A stretch of DNA of 63,975 nucleotides, the filler included, from Rhabdomonas costata (taxonomy: Eukaryota): assembly GCA_019059605.1 (NCBI GenBank). It is 43 parts of 43 records of this genome, joined end to end, with 100 filler letters (N's around TTAATTAATTAA, not from the genome) between each part and the next. Parts side by side here need not be neighbours in the genome. Positions count along the whole stretch, not along the records: positions 35,779 to 37,168 come from JAHMHO010017352.1; positions 37,269 to 38,658 come from JAHMHO010017353.1; positions 38,759 to 40,148 come from JAHMHO010017354.1; positions 40,249 to 41,638 come from JAHMHO010017355.1; positions 41,739 to 43,128 come from JAHMHO010017356.1; positions 43,229 to 44,618 come from JAHMHO010017357.1; positions 44,719 to 46,108 come from JAHMHO010017358.1; positions 46,209 to 47,598 come from JAHMHO010017359.1; 35 more parts are not named here. One strand, written 5' to 3'. Below, in pieces: positions 37,051-50,728 of the stretch (the first letter of the stretch is position 1; every line of letters starts with the position of its first letter). The position numbers and the translations under genes were made by a program. Below the pieces are notes generated by a model, which saw nothing but the letters and a program-made list of their open reading frames with translations, was not told the origin of the DNA and ran no database searches.

Positions 37051-38758
37051 GGGTGACCGGAGAGAACGCGACCAGCAGCTGCTCCAAAGCCTACTACACA
37101 AAGCTGTCTGAAAGGGCTGTTTCATGCGGGTTAGGTGGCGACACAAACACAAGGAAAAGAGGGAGGGGNNNNNNNNNNNNNNNNNNNNNNNNNNNNNNNN
37201 NNNNNNNNNNNNTTAATTAATTAANNNNNNNNNNNNNNNNNNNNNNNNNNNNNNNNNNNNNNNNNNNNTTTTGGGTGTGAACAGAAAAAAAGGGGAAATC
37301 GGCGGAAAAAGCGCCAGAACGACAGCTGAAATTTCAATCCCCTACTAGTAGCTTCCCGGAATCGAGGGAAGGTATCTCCTCTTAATCGCTGAGAAGTTCT
37401 TCCTCCTGAGAAGAACAAATCGCGAGAAATAGTGTATTTGGGACTTGCGCGGGAGAATAGAACGTCACTCTGTTCTGTAAACGATTCAAGCAGAGCCGGG
37501 GAGGAGAAAAATAGTTTAAAACAGCACACATGCTTCGGACAGGTTGCTGTGGATTCTGTGGGAAGGTAAGTTGTAATCATGCCGGCACAGCTGAAGACGC
37601 GCATAAAAATGGGGTGGGGGTGGAGTGAAGGGAAGCAATAAATGAAGTAAAACTGATGCCCACGATTCGATTAAAGGTTCGACTTAACATTCTTCCATTG
37701 CATTTACAATAGTTCTAATTGCGACATTTTATGGGTGCGAGGAAAAACGTGCGGGTGGCAAGGCATTCGCGTGCACCAACTCTGAAATCAGCTGCCTCCA
37801 CTGAGCCTCCTCAGCGATGAGCACGCAATCCCGCTGCTGCTGCTCCCGCCTGCAAAGCCTGAAGCAAGTAAATACACATCTACAGCCAACTGGCATTGGG
37901 GATGCACAACCACTACCACAGAAGTTCGCACAACGAATGCGGTTGGAAAGTAACTATCTACCAACTTATCAGCTTTTAAGAACCTTTGCACCATTTCGAA
38001 GACGACAAAGAAGAAGAAGAAGACGACGACGAAAGCATATTGTGACTCCAAAAACCAACGGCATCTGCGCTTTTGAATTGAACGCGCAAGAACAACAAAC
38101 ATCAAACCGCCCAGGCACAAGCCCACACGTCCGCCCTACTTTGGCTCGAGCTCTACAATCACCGTACAGCTCCATCAAGCCTATGGGCCAATAAGTTTTA
38201 TGTTGCACTACCTATCCCAGCTTGTACAGCCCCACAGCGGCACCGCAATCAGCCCCCCAAATCCGGGGCCATGGGGTCTTGAGGGATTCCGGGTATGGGC
38301 AATAATGGGCACCAGCCGGCTTGGGGCATACAGGCCGGATAAGTGCTGCTGCGTACTTCACCCCAGAATCCCAGCCTCGCAAAATAATTCCATCCAGTGT
38401 TGAGACTGGATGCAAAAGCAATCACCATAACTGAGACTTGACCAAGAAAGGTTGCAGAAGTGGAGCTGTTATGCTTTCGCCATAAGCTCATCAGGTTTTC
38501 GAAAGAGCACAGGGCACACCACCACGGAAAAAAGATGTGACCCTTTACAACTGATTACCACATCCACTCACACAATATGTAGCTGAAGCCGGAGAGCAGA
38601 AAAAAGACGCGGGAACCACAACACAGCAAGTCTTTCTCACGAGTTAGCCCCACACCACNNNNNNNNNNNNNNNNNNNNNNNNNNNNNNNNNNNNNNNNNN
38701 NNTTAATTAATTAANNNNNNNNNNNNNNNNNNNNNNNNNNNNNNNNNNNNNNNNNNNN

Positions 38759-38892
38759 TTTTGGGGATGTCCTGCAGCTCACCCACGTCACGGTATTCCA
38801 CGGGGTGGAGCTTCTCGACCGGGTGCTTGGCCGGACGGCGGCAGCAGCAGCGGGGGGTGGGGTTCCGGCGCTTCTGGGGCTTGTGGTGGACG
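38759..38892 (+). CDS. Possible cyclin-box exon
   Basis: DVLQLTHVTVFHGVELLDRVL resembles the cyclin N-box (L...T...AV.LLDRFL) and ends at a GT. Short match only. Confidence 0.35.
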
Positions 38893-40810
38893 GTCAGACC
38901 ATTTGGGTGCTAGCCGCGGTATACTTTACTGTAATGTTTTGCAGGCTTGTGAGGTTATGCTGTTGTTATCTGTATGCCCTTGTTGGTGGGCGTATAGAAT
39001 GCTTTTTAGCTCAGATGTTTTGACAAGGTTCCAAAAAAACCTTGTTCACAAAACTGGAATCGCAGAAGCCGAGAAATCCATGGAAGAGTTGTGCATCGTG
39101 CAGTGGACTACGGATTATTAGAATTTCCAAGCATTGCTTGACATTTTAGCTTCGAGTGGTTGCAGATGTTTGCACTTTATACCCCGTGGGGTCTCCTTCG
39201 TTCCGATCTGGTGGGCTGTGCTTGTCTCGTGCTTTCCGCATTGTGACACTTGGTGATATTGGCGGGGTGGAACACCAGAAGCTCTCTTCCCGTCTGTGTA
39301 CAGTGGTGACTGCCACAGATGCAAGTATGGTCGACCCTGTCCTCACCCGACTGGGGAATTCCTCGGCATTCCGAGTTAACAAGACTTCATACGAGCCGCT
39401 TTCGCTTGTGTCAGGACATTTTTTGTTTAACTACATTGCCATACGTGAGTATGTATGTGTGCTTGGTCCCGCAAGGCCCGCTAGGCCTGCGCGCTATCGT
39501 TTTATCTGGTTTTTGTTTAGCCATCCCACGGGGATGAGCTGAGTGTTCCAGTCAGTTTTAGGTGCGGCGAATGTATTTGCAGAGTGCGTCCCTCCGGTCC
39601 TCGAAACTTAAGGACTGGAGGCCCAGTCGACTTTGTTAGTAAATTGGATTGGTTCATTGGATCCTAGTAATTTGGATTGGACATTTCTCCACGTTTTCGC
39701 CCCTCCCCCCTACACACTCTCACACACACTTTGATCTCGGTGGGCTTCCAATGTAAGTATGGAGGGTTTGAAAAGCGATGCTTATTCCCCATGGCATTCT
39801 ATCTGATTTGCGGCGGTTAGCGATGTTGAGTCCCCTGTTATTTTTGGGCTGGTTTATTAGGGGGGGGATGCCTTTCTATGCCTTAATTTCTGTGCTCCCC
39901 TGCTTTTCAACCCCGGTGATCATCGATCGGTACTCACAGTTGATGAGCGAACGCTGCCCAACGAAATTCGGAACGCTGAAAACTTTGCAACATCTGCCTT
40001 TCCAATGCGTACAGCTCTCTAAGAACGAGTGAATATCAGGCGCGAAGTCACATACGATTCAGCTTTGCTTGCGAATCAGGTTTGCCTGATGATCTCTGCG
40101 AAGTTTAACGAGCAACAGAACCAGATACCCACTCTGGCCACCCCACCCNNNNNNNNNNNNNNNNNNNNNNNNNNNNNNNNNNNNNNNNNNNNTTAATTAA
40201 TTAANNNNNNNNNNNNNNNNNNNNNNNNNNNNNNNNNNNNNNNNNNNNGGTTTTGTGGGACTGATCCACCGCACAGCCGCGCCTAAAACAATCTCTTTGA
40301 ACTTTGCTGACACAAGATTCCGGCTGGGCGTTTTCCTTCATTAGACTGACGGAACGCAAACGCGCCCAAACTTGCAAGTCACGTCCATTCACACTCAAGC
40401 CCACTCACCACCAACCCAATTCCTCTTGCTTAGAATAATCTCTTCTCTATTGTTGGCCAGCTCTTTGTGGTGAGGAAGTCCTCACTTCAGTACACAAAAT
40501 CAACCCAGAATAGCATTTGCTATGGAACCTTGAGCTCAATCAAGGTTTGCTGATTACCACACACCCGCCCCCACCCCCTCAGCCCTCAGCGCACCGCCGC
40601 CTTCGGCCGCGGGCGCCTTGCCTCTAAAATAACTGCTTTTTCCCAACTCTGACCACCCTGCTCGGTTCCCTCAGTATTTGCTATCGGACACTCACCTTTG
40701 GACGACGCTCGGTAGCATGTGCTACCGAGGGGGGGGCCTATAATGGATTTAACTCGAGCATTGTTTTGGCCAATGCCCTTTGATTTTCGGGCATTCCTGC
40801 GTTTCCCGCA

Positions 40811-41011
40811 GCTGCATCCACGGGATAGCGTGGCAGGCCTGCCACCGCTACGACCGGCTTCGTGACTACCTCAGGAGAACCACCCGAATCCCAAATGCCT
40901 TCCACCAAACCCTCGTGGGGCACTTGAGCAGACTCCTAAGAAGCCCAATCGCCAATCCCGAGGGGGAAGCCGGCTCTGCGGACCAAGTCGCTGAGCTGCT
41001 TGCTCCGAACC
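40811..41011 (+). CDS. Possible internal exon, unknown protein
   Basis: TTTCCCGCAG acceptor, open GC-rich frame CIHGIAWQACHRYDRLRDYLRR..., GTGTGC donor. Confidence 0.35.
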
Positions 41012-42214
41012 GTGTGCTTTTTCCTGTGAGGTGTGTTTCTTCTACTTTCTTCTCCCTTTCCTCTTCTCCCCCTCCCTTGCCCTTCGCTGTAACAGTGTAT
41101 GCTGCCGCAGTAGTGGACTTTAGGTGAAGGCTCAGGTTGATCATGCGGAAGGACCGACGCAAACTTCCTTTGGACTGTAACGAAATGATTTGGTTTGAGG
41201 GTGACGTTCCGCGGTGACAAGTCACCATGTGAGACTCATGTGATGATTGGGGGTTGCGTTCTTTTGTGAGGTTTTCCAACGTCTCTCTTTCTTTCCCAAG
41301 GTTTCCAAAGGAGGAGATGTTTCCCAGAACGGAGAAGGCCGACAAAAAGGTACTGCGAGTTTCCCGTGCAACGCAAACTGACTGGCCCTCCCCAACTCAC
41401 AATTGTTTCACAAGTTTGACAATCGTGGTGAAGGGGGAGATTTCAAAGCAGTATGATCTTGACGTTCTTCACGGCAACTCGTGGTGTAACACCAAGCGAA
41501 CCAATGAGTGGAACAAATTGGGTCCGTTATCCCAACCAACTTGCAATTGGAAGAAATCCTGCACCTTCAAAAACAAACGCCTGAACCCTTCTCAAGAAAC
41601 TATCTGCAAAGTTAACCTTACTCCTGCTCCCAAACCCCNNNNNNNNNNNNNNNNNNNNNNNNNNNNNNNNNNNNNNNNNNNNTTAATTAATTAANNNNNN
41701 NNNNNNNNNNNNNNNNNNNNNNNNNNNNNNNNNNNNNNGTGGTTGTCAGTGCTGGTTTTAGTCAGCATTGTCATGACCACCGCAGGCTTTTTTCACTGGG
41801 AATGTGGACGGGGCTCTCCTTGAAATTTTTATTGAGCCTTCAACCGCGGATTTTGCGACGCTTTTAAGGTATGGAAATTGACGGTATGTGATGACTAGAA
41901 CAGTAAAGAAGAGTACAGAAGAGTTTGTTGTGACCTGCGTCGTGTGCGTGCGCCGGTGCTGTCTTTTGACCTTTTCGGCAATGAAATTTCGTGTTGGGTG
42001 CGGGAAGGGGTGACCTCGGCCTTGAGTTATACAATTTTTTAGTGTGGGCCGGTGACAGAAACAGACCGCACGCTTTGTTATACTGTCAGTGGTAATCGAA
42101 GGATCTTAGCGTCTGTGAAAGCGGGCGCTTGCCTTAGCGTTTGCCCGAAGGGAGAGTGCCAAGTCATCGGCTTTTGTTTGGTACGGGGTTTAATTCGTGG
42201 GCTGTGTTTGGCAG

Positions 42215-42439
42215 ATGGCTGCGCTTAAGGCGCAGCTTGGTGAGGAGGCCGTGGAGGCGGCGATCCGCAGCGGCCAGCTGGAGGGCGTGTTTGGGTGGCT
42301 GAAGGAGAAGGTGTGGAGCCAGGCCAGCCTCCTGGAGACCGATGAGCTGATCCGCCGTGCCACAGGGGAGCCCCTCAACCCCGACCACTTCCGGCGTCAC
42401 CTCGAGAAGCGCTACCGCGACTGCACGGCGTGGAAATAG
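42215..42439 (+). CDS. M32 metallocarboxypeptidase, last exon
   Basis: After TTTGGCAG: MAALKAQLGEEAVEAAIRSGQLEGVFGWLKEKVWSQASLLETDELIRRATGEPLNPDHFRRHLEKRY, the classic M32 C-terminus. TAG stop. Confidence 0.9.
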   Translation: MAALKAQLGEEAVEAAIRSGQLEGVFGWLKEKVWSQASLLETDELIRRATGEPLNPDHFRRHLEKRYRDCTAWK

Positions 42440-43232
42440 TGCCCGCCCAGTCCAGATCGAGAGGGAGGGTGAAATCTGTTCGAGCACTTTCCATCGCAAT
42501 CTGTTAGATCTCCCGAAGTTGAGATACTGGGGAAGGTAGTGACGGACAAGGCATCTGGTTTGCAAAGGATAAACTTTGGGTAGACACACTCACGGCACTC
42601 TTCGGTGGTGCACTAATAGCTGCGAGGTGTGATTCAATTCCGCTCTGCGGGAGGGGGGGATCCCATGACCTTTGTACACTTTTTTGCTGACTATGTGCGT
42701 TGGCCTTCGGCTTATTCATTTCTCACTGGAAGCGGCCAGCTTGTTGTTGCGCTCATCACTTTTTGCTGGTGCTTTTGTTCGGCTCAAAAACCGTTGTAAT
42801 GTCCTTTTAGCTTTGCGTGTAGTATTATGTACAATATGGCGCGCGTTATGTCAAAAGTTAGATTTAGAGCCGAAACGATAATTCGGCAAAACCGGACCAC
42901 GGAACCTCAACGGCGAGGTGATGACACTCATGAGGTCGTTTTAATGTCCGGAAAAGCTCGGAAATTTCCTGAAACATCACATAAAGTCCGGTGCCATGAG
43001 AGAAAACTACAATACTATTGTGACGTCTTCTTTGACAGCAAACTGGACAGAACCCCCGAAGCAGTTTGACGAGTGCCATTTCTCGTTACCTAAAGGTATT
43101 GATGCTGAACTCATTGACACACACACACNNNNNNNNNNNNNNNNNNNNNNNNNNNNNNNNNNNNNNNNNNNNTTAATTAATTAANNNNNNNNNNNNNNNN
43201 NNNNNNNNNNNNNNNNNNNNNNNNNNNNCACA

Positions 43233-44437
43233 CTAGCTCTGCCGACGTGGGGAACTCCGCCGTGCCCCCATGAGAGAGCAGCAAGGTGACAATCTGAGGT
43301 AGCTGAAGCTGGCAGGCCAGGTACAGCGGGGTGACTGTGGTCCCTGTGTGGCGCGTGGCGTGAGATGTGCACGGAAAGCCGTGGAAGAAATGAGAGTTCG
43401 GGGACGCGCGGGCACCCCTCCACACTCTACAAATCATATTTCGACTAGCATCGTTCAGCAATCAAGCATAAGGGATAAAGAGTGAACTGTCACAAAATAT
43501 TTAACGACCGATGAGATTTATCGGCAATGGGGCGTGGGTGGCATTGCACCTCGGGCTCGGAACAGCATCCGGGCAGCGGCAGGGTCTAACCCGTACGAGG
43601 GCCACAGTGTGGCAGACTGCTTGGCGTCCGCTCTGCCCTGCTCCAAAAGCAGCTGCACCATCTAAAGTAAGAAAAGGCAGAGACTGCCCCCCTCCCATCT
43701 GTTTTTTCTGTTTTTTCATTATTATTTTTTGCATTATCAAGCCTTTGAATGACATTACGAGAAAAAAAGCGCACTTACGGGCACGCCGGCAGCGAAAGCG
43801 AAAGCCGGACATTTCGTTCTGTCCGTTATTGCTGCATTTTTTTTACCGAACACGCATAAATAAAACGTTTCATGCAAAACCGCTTCAAAAGAAAGTGAGG
43901 GAAGTGAGGAGCGGGTACGAACCGAAAGGTCACTGCGTAGAATGGCCGGGAACAAGGGATGGTGCCCGTTGCACACGTCTGCCGTGAAGCCCTGCTCGAG
44001 CAGCAGCTCAGCAGAAGCGCGGTGATTGTACCTGTGTTGACCCCACACACACACACACATGTGCGTTCCTGTCAGCATCTGGCAACCGAGAAACAGAAAG
44101 GCAGGTGGGCAGACGAAAACACACAAAAAGCCCAAGACCCAAGAGCCACAGGAGGGCCAAGAAAGGAAAACCGTGAAACCTACCGGGAAGTCATTTTCAT
44201 AGCTTGGAAAAAGATGCCTGCGGAACCGCATCGATCCAAACGCCCCCAGCTTCGCGCACACAAATACTTGCACGCGAGGTAGGCTGGGCAGCCCCCGTCG
44301 CTGAACAGTGGGGCGGAGGCAGGCCTGGAAGGGGAATCCTCCACTCCTGCGTCACCCGCCGAGGGAGTGGGGTTGAAGACCTCGGCCAGGGTAAGGGTGT
44401 CAGAGGTCGCTGTCCGCCGCAGCACCTCAGCACAGAC
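43233..44437 (-). CDS. Ankyrin-repeat protein; exons 44437-44268, 44031-43923, 43661-43550, 43343-contig edge
   Basis: PAYLACK-YNHRASAELLLEQG, HPLFPAILRSDLS|MVQLLLEQGRAD, TPLYLACQLQLPQIVTLLLSHGG. Three GT-AG introns, all phase-compatible. Confidence 0.85.
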
Positions 44438-45723
44438 CTGAAGGTTTGAAACCAGAAGAGCAAGGCAAAAAAAAAACAAGAAGGTGAAAGGGTCGTTTGC
44501 CACAGATAAGGGAGGTCGGGTGAAAAAAGCCCCTGACACCGTATATTAACATGTCTCTTGTGCGTACACACGGAGACATGTTAATATACGGTGTCAGGGG
44601 CTTTTTTCACCCCACCACNNNNNNNNNNNNNNNNNNNNNNNNNNNNNNNNNNNNNNNNNNNNTTAATTAATTAANNNNNNNNNNNNNNNNNNNNNNNNNN
44701 NNNNNNNNNNNNNNNNNNTTGTTGTGGGCGGACGAGCAGGATAGCACCAGTTTAGTGGCGAAGGCCAATCCACGCCGCGGCCGGTGCGGGCGACTGGGGC
44801 GGGAACGTGACCGGGGTGGGCCTTTGACATCCTTTTAAAGTATTATCCCATGGTAAAAATATTTTTTACCACTGGTAACATTTACCACTCCTAATCCCCA
44901 ACTTGCAGCGCCCGCTCACAGGTCCTTTGCAGCAAAATACGCGCAAAAGCTGTGACGCGGTAAACAAGGGTTGCACCGCCAACGAAATTTATTTGGAGCA
45001 AAAGTGCGGGAAAGGGTGTTTTTCAGGCGAACATGCTGGGAAACTGTGGCCTTATTCTTTTCGTCGGCCACGTGTCACACCAACAAGACAACAGTTTGGC
45101 CATATTGCGCTGCTGCGGGTTCGTATCTTTCAGGCGGAACCTGTCCTGAAATCTGCGCGTGATGCGCACTTGCTGAGGTTGACTTGGCTTCCGCACTTTG
45201 GTTTTCACCACTGCTGCGGCACAGCGTAAGCGTCGAGTAAACACATCCGCTTGGGACCCAACGATCGGCGAAATGAAATGTTTTCCAAAAAGCTTAGCTT
45301 CGTAAAATTGTCAACCCAAGTTGAAAGTCAGGGGGGAATAACACAATGGAACCAGAGAAAGATTCACAACAATAAATTCAGACGAAGAATGACAAGTTCA
45401 CAGGCTTTGTTATGCTGCTGCCACAGGCTTGGTTATGATCCGGACGACAACTGGAACTCATGGTTCCAGACTAAATCCAGCTTGCCGTGAACACTCGCAG
45501 TTTTCAACACAACCTCCTCGCCATTTCAATGCATTCTCGCACAATACCGGCAGGTCTAAATGAAAAAATAAATCATTGTTCTGTGACTCTTCTGATTTTT
45601 CTGAGTTGTGACCTTTCTTGGTATTCTAGTTGCCTTGCATATCCCCTTTCCATTACGCATCTATAAACAGAAAAGTCTGGGTGATGGCGGGTGGTTTCAA
45701 CCCCACCCGCCCGACGGTAGACA

Positions 45724-45990
45724 ATGTTAGGATTAGGAAATGACGGCTACGTGGCAGCAACACTGATGTTGGCGTGTGGGCGTGAAACCAATTTTCATCC
45801 ATTAAGGGACGCCGTAGGTGACAAATTGATGAAGAGAGTGAAAAAAGAATTTGCTAATATTACAGGTGATCACGGAGCACATGTTGTATTTAAGAGGTTG
45901 ATCCTAAAGTAGCGTGCGCCAGATTCTTCCAAAAAGTTGCTTCTTAAACGTTGTGATACTGAGAAGGTTTTAACGGGTTGATGACATGGA
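45724..45990 (+). pseudogene. Possible decayed PUM3/Puf6 C-terminal-like fragment
   Basis: DHGAHVVFKRLILK* loosely resembles the PUM3 H..GH.VLK.LI motif. Stops present; AT-rich unlike live exons. Confidence 0.2.
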
Positions 45991-46247
45991 AAACGAGCCC
46001 AAAATGTATGCTGTTTTCCTTGCATTTTTATTCAGACATGGGTGCCGCTCTATCAAGTGTTTATTTGGTTTCCCTTTCACAAGGTGGGGGGAGAGGGAAA
46101 CCAAAACCNNNNNNNNNNNNNNNNNNNNNNNNNNNNNNNNNNNNNNNNNNNNTTAATTAATTAANNNNNNNNNNNNNNNNNNNNNNNNNNNNNNNNNNNN
46201 NNNNNNNNTGTGGTGTGTGTATGTGTGTATAAAGTAGCGAGAAATAC

Positions 46248-47595
46248 TCGTTCTTTGGGCAGGGCGGACAGCGGTGCTATCTCGTGGCCACGGCTCTCGC
46301 CCTCGGGCAAGGGAATGATCATGAACATCGTGCCCTCGGTGTCCCCGGTGGCGCTCCTGAAGAAGTTCTGCGCGACCTCACGGTCCAGCGTAGTCGAGGA
46401 TAAGGCCGGCCACACCACATAGTTGTTGTCATCGTAGAGCTTCTGAACAGGAGAGATGACAGAGAGAGACCACTTCACTTCTGAAGCACTTCCGAAGCGC
46501 AAAGGTGGCCCAAGTCAGCATGTTCCTTGAGCGCAGACTCTCCGTAATGTGGGAAGAAGTTCTTCCAAGTCTCTCAAAATTCAAGCAGAGGTGCTCAGCA
46601 CCTTACACATATTTATGGAACGAAGAAACTCTGTACACAGGCTATCCCTCTTTCCGAGTCGGAGCTGTTATGACAGCTCAACAAGTTTTTTGATGGTGGG
46701 CCAGGTTGGGCCCTGTGCGCATGGTTGAATCCCTGTGCATTGGTATTGCAGATATGGACAACACACGCTGGCCGGGGCAGTAAGTGAGGATGAGTAGGGC
46801 ACTGTCGTTTGTGTGCGTGAATAAACCATGACACAGCACAGTCGCATCCAATACAGTCCCCGCACGGACCGGGTCAACGGAGCGGTTGATTCCTCGGAAG
46901 AGACAGGCCCCAGGGGGCAGGATGACCCGGGGCAGCCGGGACAGGCCCTGGTTCAGGTGCAGGATGAACCCCGACCATCGCTCAAGCTCCTCCGAAGGAA
47001 GCTCCCTCCGAAGTACTTCGTTGATCTGTGGGGCACGAGTGTGCGTGCGAGTGTGGCTGGGAATGTGCGATGTGCCAAGGAGACGCACCAAACAAGCGGT
47101 GCAAATGTCCATGTCTTCGAGGTCTTGGAGTTAAGATGACGTCCGTCATAATCACAGGAAATGAGATTCGAGAGCTGTGATAACGTTTGCATTGCAGAGA
47201 GGTACTGTGATATGAATACTACATACACCACACACGTGCAGCTCGTGTTCAGTTGTCCAGTATGCTATAAATTATAATCAAAAGTCAGAAGGCATCGGAG
47301 CAAGAGGTAGGGAGACAGAGAGGGGAGGGGAGGCTACGGAAGGTATCACAGCGGGGTTCAGGTGACCCACGTGGTCAAGATAACGCACACACGGCAGACC
47401 ACAGCACCCACAATATTTACACAAGTACACATGGACCGTTCGATAGATTTCGGTTTCGAGGGTGTAGGCGTGCACCGCCATCACCCCATCCACCCCCAGC
47501 GCGGACAGCTCGCCCTTCTTGTGCTTCTCCAGGAACTTCCCCGTGAACTCCTTGATCTGCACCCGCACCGTCTCCGCCGTGGGGTGCTCCAACAA
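46248..47595 (-). CDS. NAD:arginine ADP-ribosyltransferase (ARTC, R-S-E type) domain; exons contig edge-47437, 47025-46870, 46442-46248
   Basis: VHAYTLETEIYRT|INEVLR...LNQGLSRLP...LFRGI, WPALSSTT, GTMFMI, IAPLSALPKER| (the second E of ExE is expected on the next exon). Phase-0 GT-AG introns. Confidence 0.88.
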
Positions 47596-49717
47596 ACCNN
47601 NNNNNNNNNNNNNNNNNNNNNNNNNNNNNNNNNNNNNNNNNNTTAATTAATTAANNNNNNNNNNNNNNNNNNNNNNNNNNNNNNNNNNNNNNNNNNNNGT
47701 TTTGGAGTCCGAGTAGCTAGTCCGACCCCTACCCCCAAAAAGGCTTGTTCCTTTTTGGAAAGAAAAGGAAGTCGACCAGGAGTCCAAGCCGAAAACGAAG
47801 CCGGTAATCTGTCTCCGAGAGGATTGGGCGAGTGGTATTTTGGGACAACCCAGGCCTCGGATAAGGGGCCTTATGGCAACTCAAGTCTCGAAACGTGCAG
47901 GGTGCGGATATTGTTTACGACAAAGACAATTAATCAAGGTTTTTTGCTCGTCACTGCGTCACCAGTTCAATAAATTGTGCATCAACAGCAAACAACAATA
48001 ACAAACAAAGCCAACACGGCCAGCGGCACCCGGATTCATCAAGGGTGTTTTGAGTCATTCTTTGTCCTGCTTTTGCACGACAATTACGCCTGTGTGGCAA
48101 CAAGGGTCAGCACGGAACACAGAGCTGACGATGAGGCACGGTGTGCGTCTTCCCGCTGGAATATCTTTTTAATGATACCGCAAAATGGTTTACAACGAAG
48201 AATGGATCGATTGATCAAGGTCTCATTTGAGCCAATACTTGATGGTCCATGATTTAGTCCTTTGGCAAGAGGGAAACCTCGGTTCTGGTGAAGTTTGTAA
48301 ATCCCAGATTTTCTTTGGTTGAGAACAGCAATTGTTCTTATGGCAAGATGGAACTCAGAGGTTTCGTTAGGCGAAACAGATGAAGCCGTCATTATGCTCG
48401 ATGAGTTGGTTTTGCTGCCTTCCAGAATGGAGGGGTTCCGGTTGAGCCATTCTTGATGATGCACTGTTTTTAATTCAAAAAATCAGTCCTCAGTTTTTGG
48501 CCAGTACACTTTCCTTTGCGTCCGAAGCGGACGTAGTCGGTTGGACACATCCCTCTTGTTGCCCGTGCCCCTTCGGACTGATTGACGCAGCCCGGCATAC
48601 ACAGCTTCAACTCATGTTTTTCTGCGCGATCTTCTCCAATCAGAGTTGTTCTCCCTCTTTCGTGCGACGAGCGCGCTTCTTTGGTGCAGCAGCGGACCTG
48701 GAGCCAGTTGGCCGCGAATGCATGCTCTCAAAGGTGGGACGCGGCCTCTGGACAGTTTCATTCAAGGCAGAAGTATATGTCTGGTTTCATTCCAGGGTTT
48801 TTCTGGGAATTTTCGGAGTATTTTTTGGTTCGGTCTGGAAGATTTTGAAAAAAAAGTCCAAAAAAGTTGCTGCTGATTCAAAAATAACAGGAATGAGCCA
48901 GTCGCTTCTTCGACCATTCGAATCGAGCAGCGGTATTCAACTCTGTTGTTGGACCACGGTTCCGAAGGAACAACAACTACAGTTGCTTTGCTCTGATTCG
49001 GGGAACGGAAAGAAGCGTTCTAATCCCTCACTGCCGCGCCGCATTGCAGAAGAGCACTGCATGGCTAAAAAAAATTCGCACCAAAACCNNNNNNNNNNNN
49101 NNNNNNNNNNNNNNNNNNNNNNNNNNNNNNNNTTAATTAATTAANNNNNNNNNNNNNNNNNNNNNNNNNNNNNNNNNNNNNNNNNNNNTGTGTTTTTGAA
49201 TTGTTGGAGAGACGTGACGTGGAATAAGCGGTGGTGGGCGACAATGGAATGTGCTAAATAGCGTTTTTTGACACTTCCCGTAGCGTTGACTATCTATATT
49301 GATGCGCTGCGAATCGGATCACAGATTGTGCGAAATGAAAAGGCTATAATTTACAGCAAAAGCAGAGACTCTGAACTGTCAGAAAAAGAATAATGGGGGA
49401 TTTTGTGGCACTCTTGGCTGAAGCAGCGGCAATACAGGTGGGGGAAGGAATGCTGACGCACTCCATGTTCAAAGAGTTAGCTTTTTAGGGAAATGGAGCA
49501 GCTCACAACGGCGAGATAGGATTAGAACAAGTTTCTCTCCAATTCAAATGAAAGAAGAAATTCTGTGCTGGCCAGACCCTCCTATTTTCCTAGTGTCTTT
49601 TCTTCACCACCAGTTAAACTTCTTGAAGCACGTGCGTCTCCGTCCCTCATCGGTACATCGCGGCTGGAGTCCTCCTTTTGCGATTGTTTTTGTGGTGCTG
49701 GTGCTTCCTCTGTTTAG

Positions 49718-49782
49718 GCTGAAGCCCCCTACCATTGTGCAGTATGAGATGGAGATCGAGGAGATGGAGAAGGCTGGGAAAG
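49718..49782 (+). CDS. Possible micro-exon
   Basis: TTTAG|..LKPPTIVQYEMEIEEMEKAGK|GTCAGT with GC3-rich codons. Confidence 0.3.
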
Positions 49783-50728
49783 TCAGTGGGATGGTTCAGG
49801 ACTTTGGTGTGCCGCTCTGAGGTTGGAGAGAGAGCACCTGCCCCAGAAAAGGGATTCGGGATTTGCTTCTGTTGGAAATGGGGATTTTGAAAAATTCTAT
49901 GAGCCACGTTTTGCCCGGTTGAACGTGTTACCCATCCTCCATTCACCACTTTCCACCGATAGTCCAGGCCGCATGAGAGTGGCACTGGCAGGTGAAAAGG
50001 GGATGTTTCAAGGATGACCCCAGAATGTGCAATCCTCCTGCGGCTTCATTGCAGTCACGATGTCATCGGCTACAGCAAGGTGTTCAATAGAGAACCTTAT
50101 CTCTGACAAATTCCTTGTCATCTTCGTTAAAGGTGGTCCAAACCACATGAGGCAAGGTCACAGTTTGGACGTATGCCAGGGGAGCGGATATTGTCACTAA
50201 GAACCTCAAGCGATTTCGGTCATGCTACACCATGCTGTTCTATTCAACTTCCTTATTTCATTGTGTTCTGTTTTTTATAGATAAGTTGAAGCAGGGCCGA
50301 GATAGCATTGAGGTACCCTGGGGGGGGGGGGGGGGGGGGGTTTGGGATAGTGAATGCCGTTTCACAAACGCTGTTTGCGTTATTTTTGTTGATTGCCACA
50401 ATTTTGCATCGGCGTGGGATCATGGACGTGGCCGATGGGTGAGTCAGTGGCCGTGGCTACACCTGTTTACTGCTTTTACTCCTCGTGAACCAACCCAGCT
50501 TGAGTTGACTCCTTTTTTCTCGTTCGCCTCGAAATGGAATGCATAATCCTTTCCTCGTCATTCACTACACCCACACACNNNNNNNNNNNNNNNNNNNNNN
50601 NNNNNNNNNNNNNNNNNNNNNNTTAATTAATTAANNNNNNNNNNNNNNNNNNNNNNNNNNNNNNNNNNNNNNNNNNNNTGTGTGTTTTGCAGTAACCCTG
50701 CGGTGGAGGGAATGTTCTATGCACGGCC

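Noticed and set aside
40708..40729. 10-bp-stem palindrome as a Helitron 3' hairpin
   Set aside because: Followed by CTAT rather than CTRR, and no matching 5' end identified.
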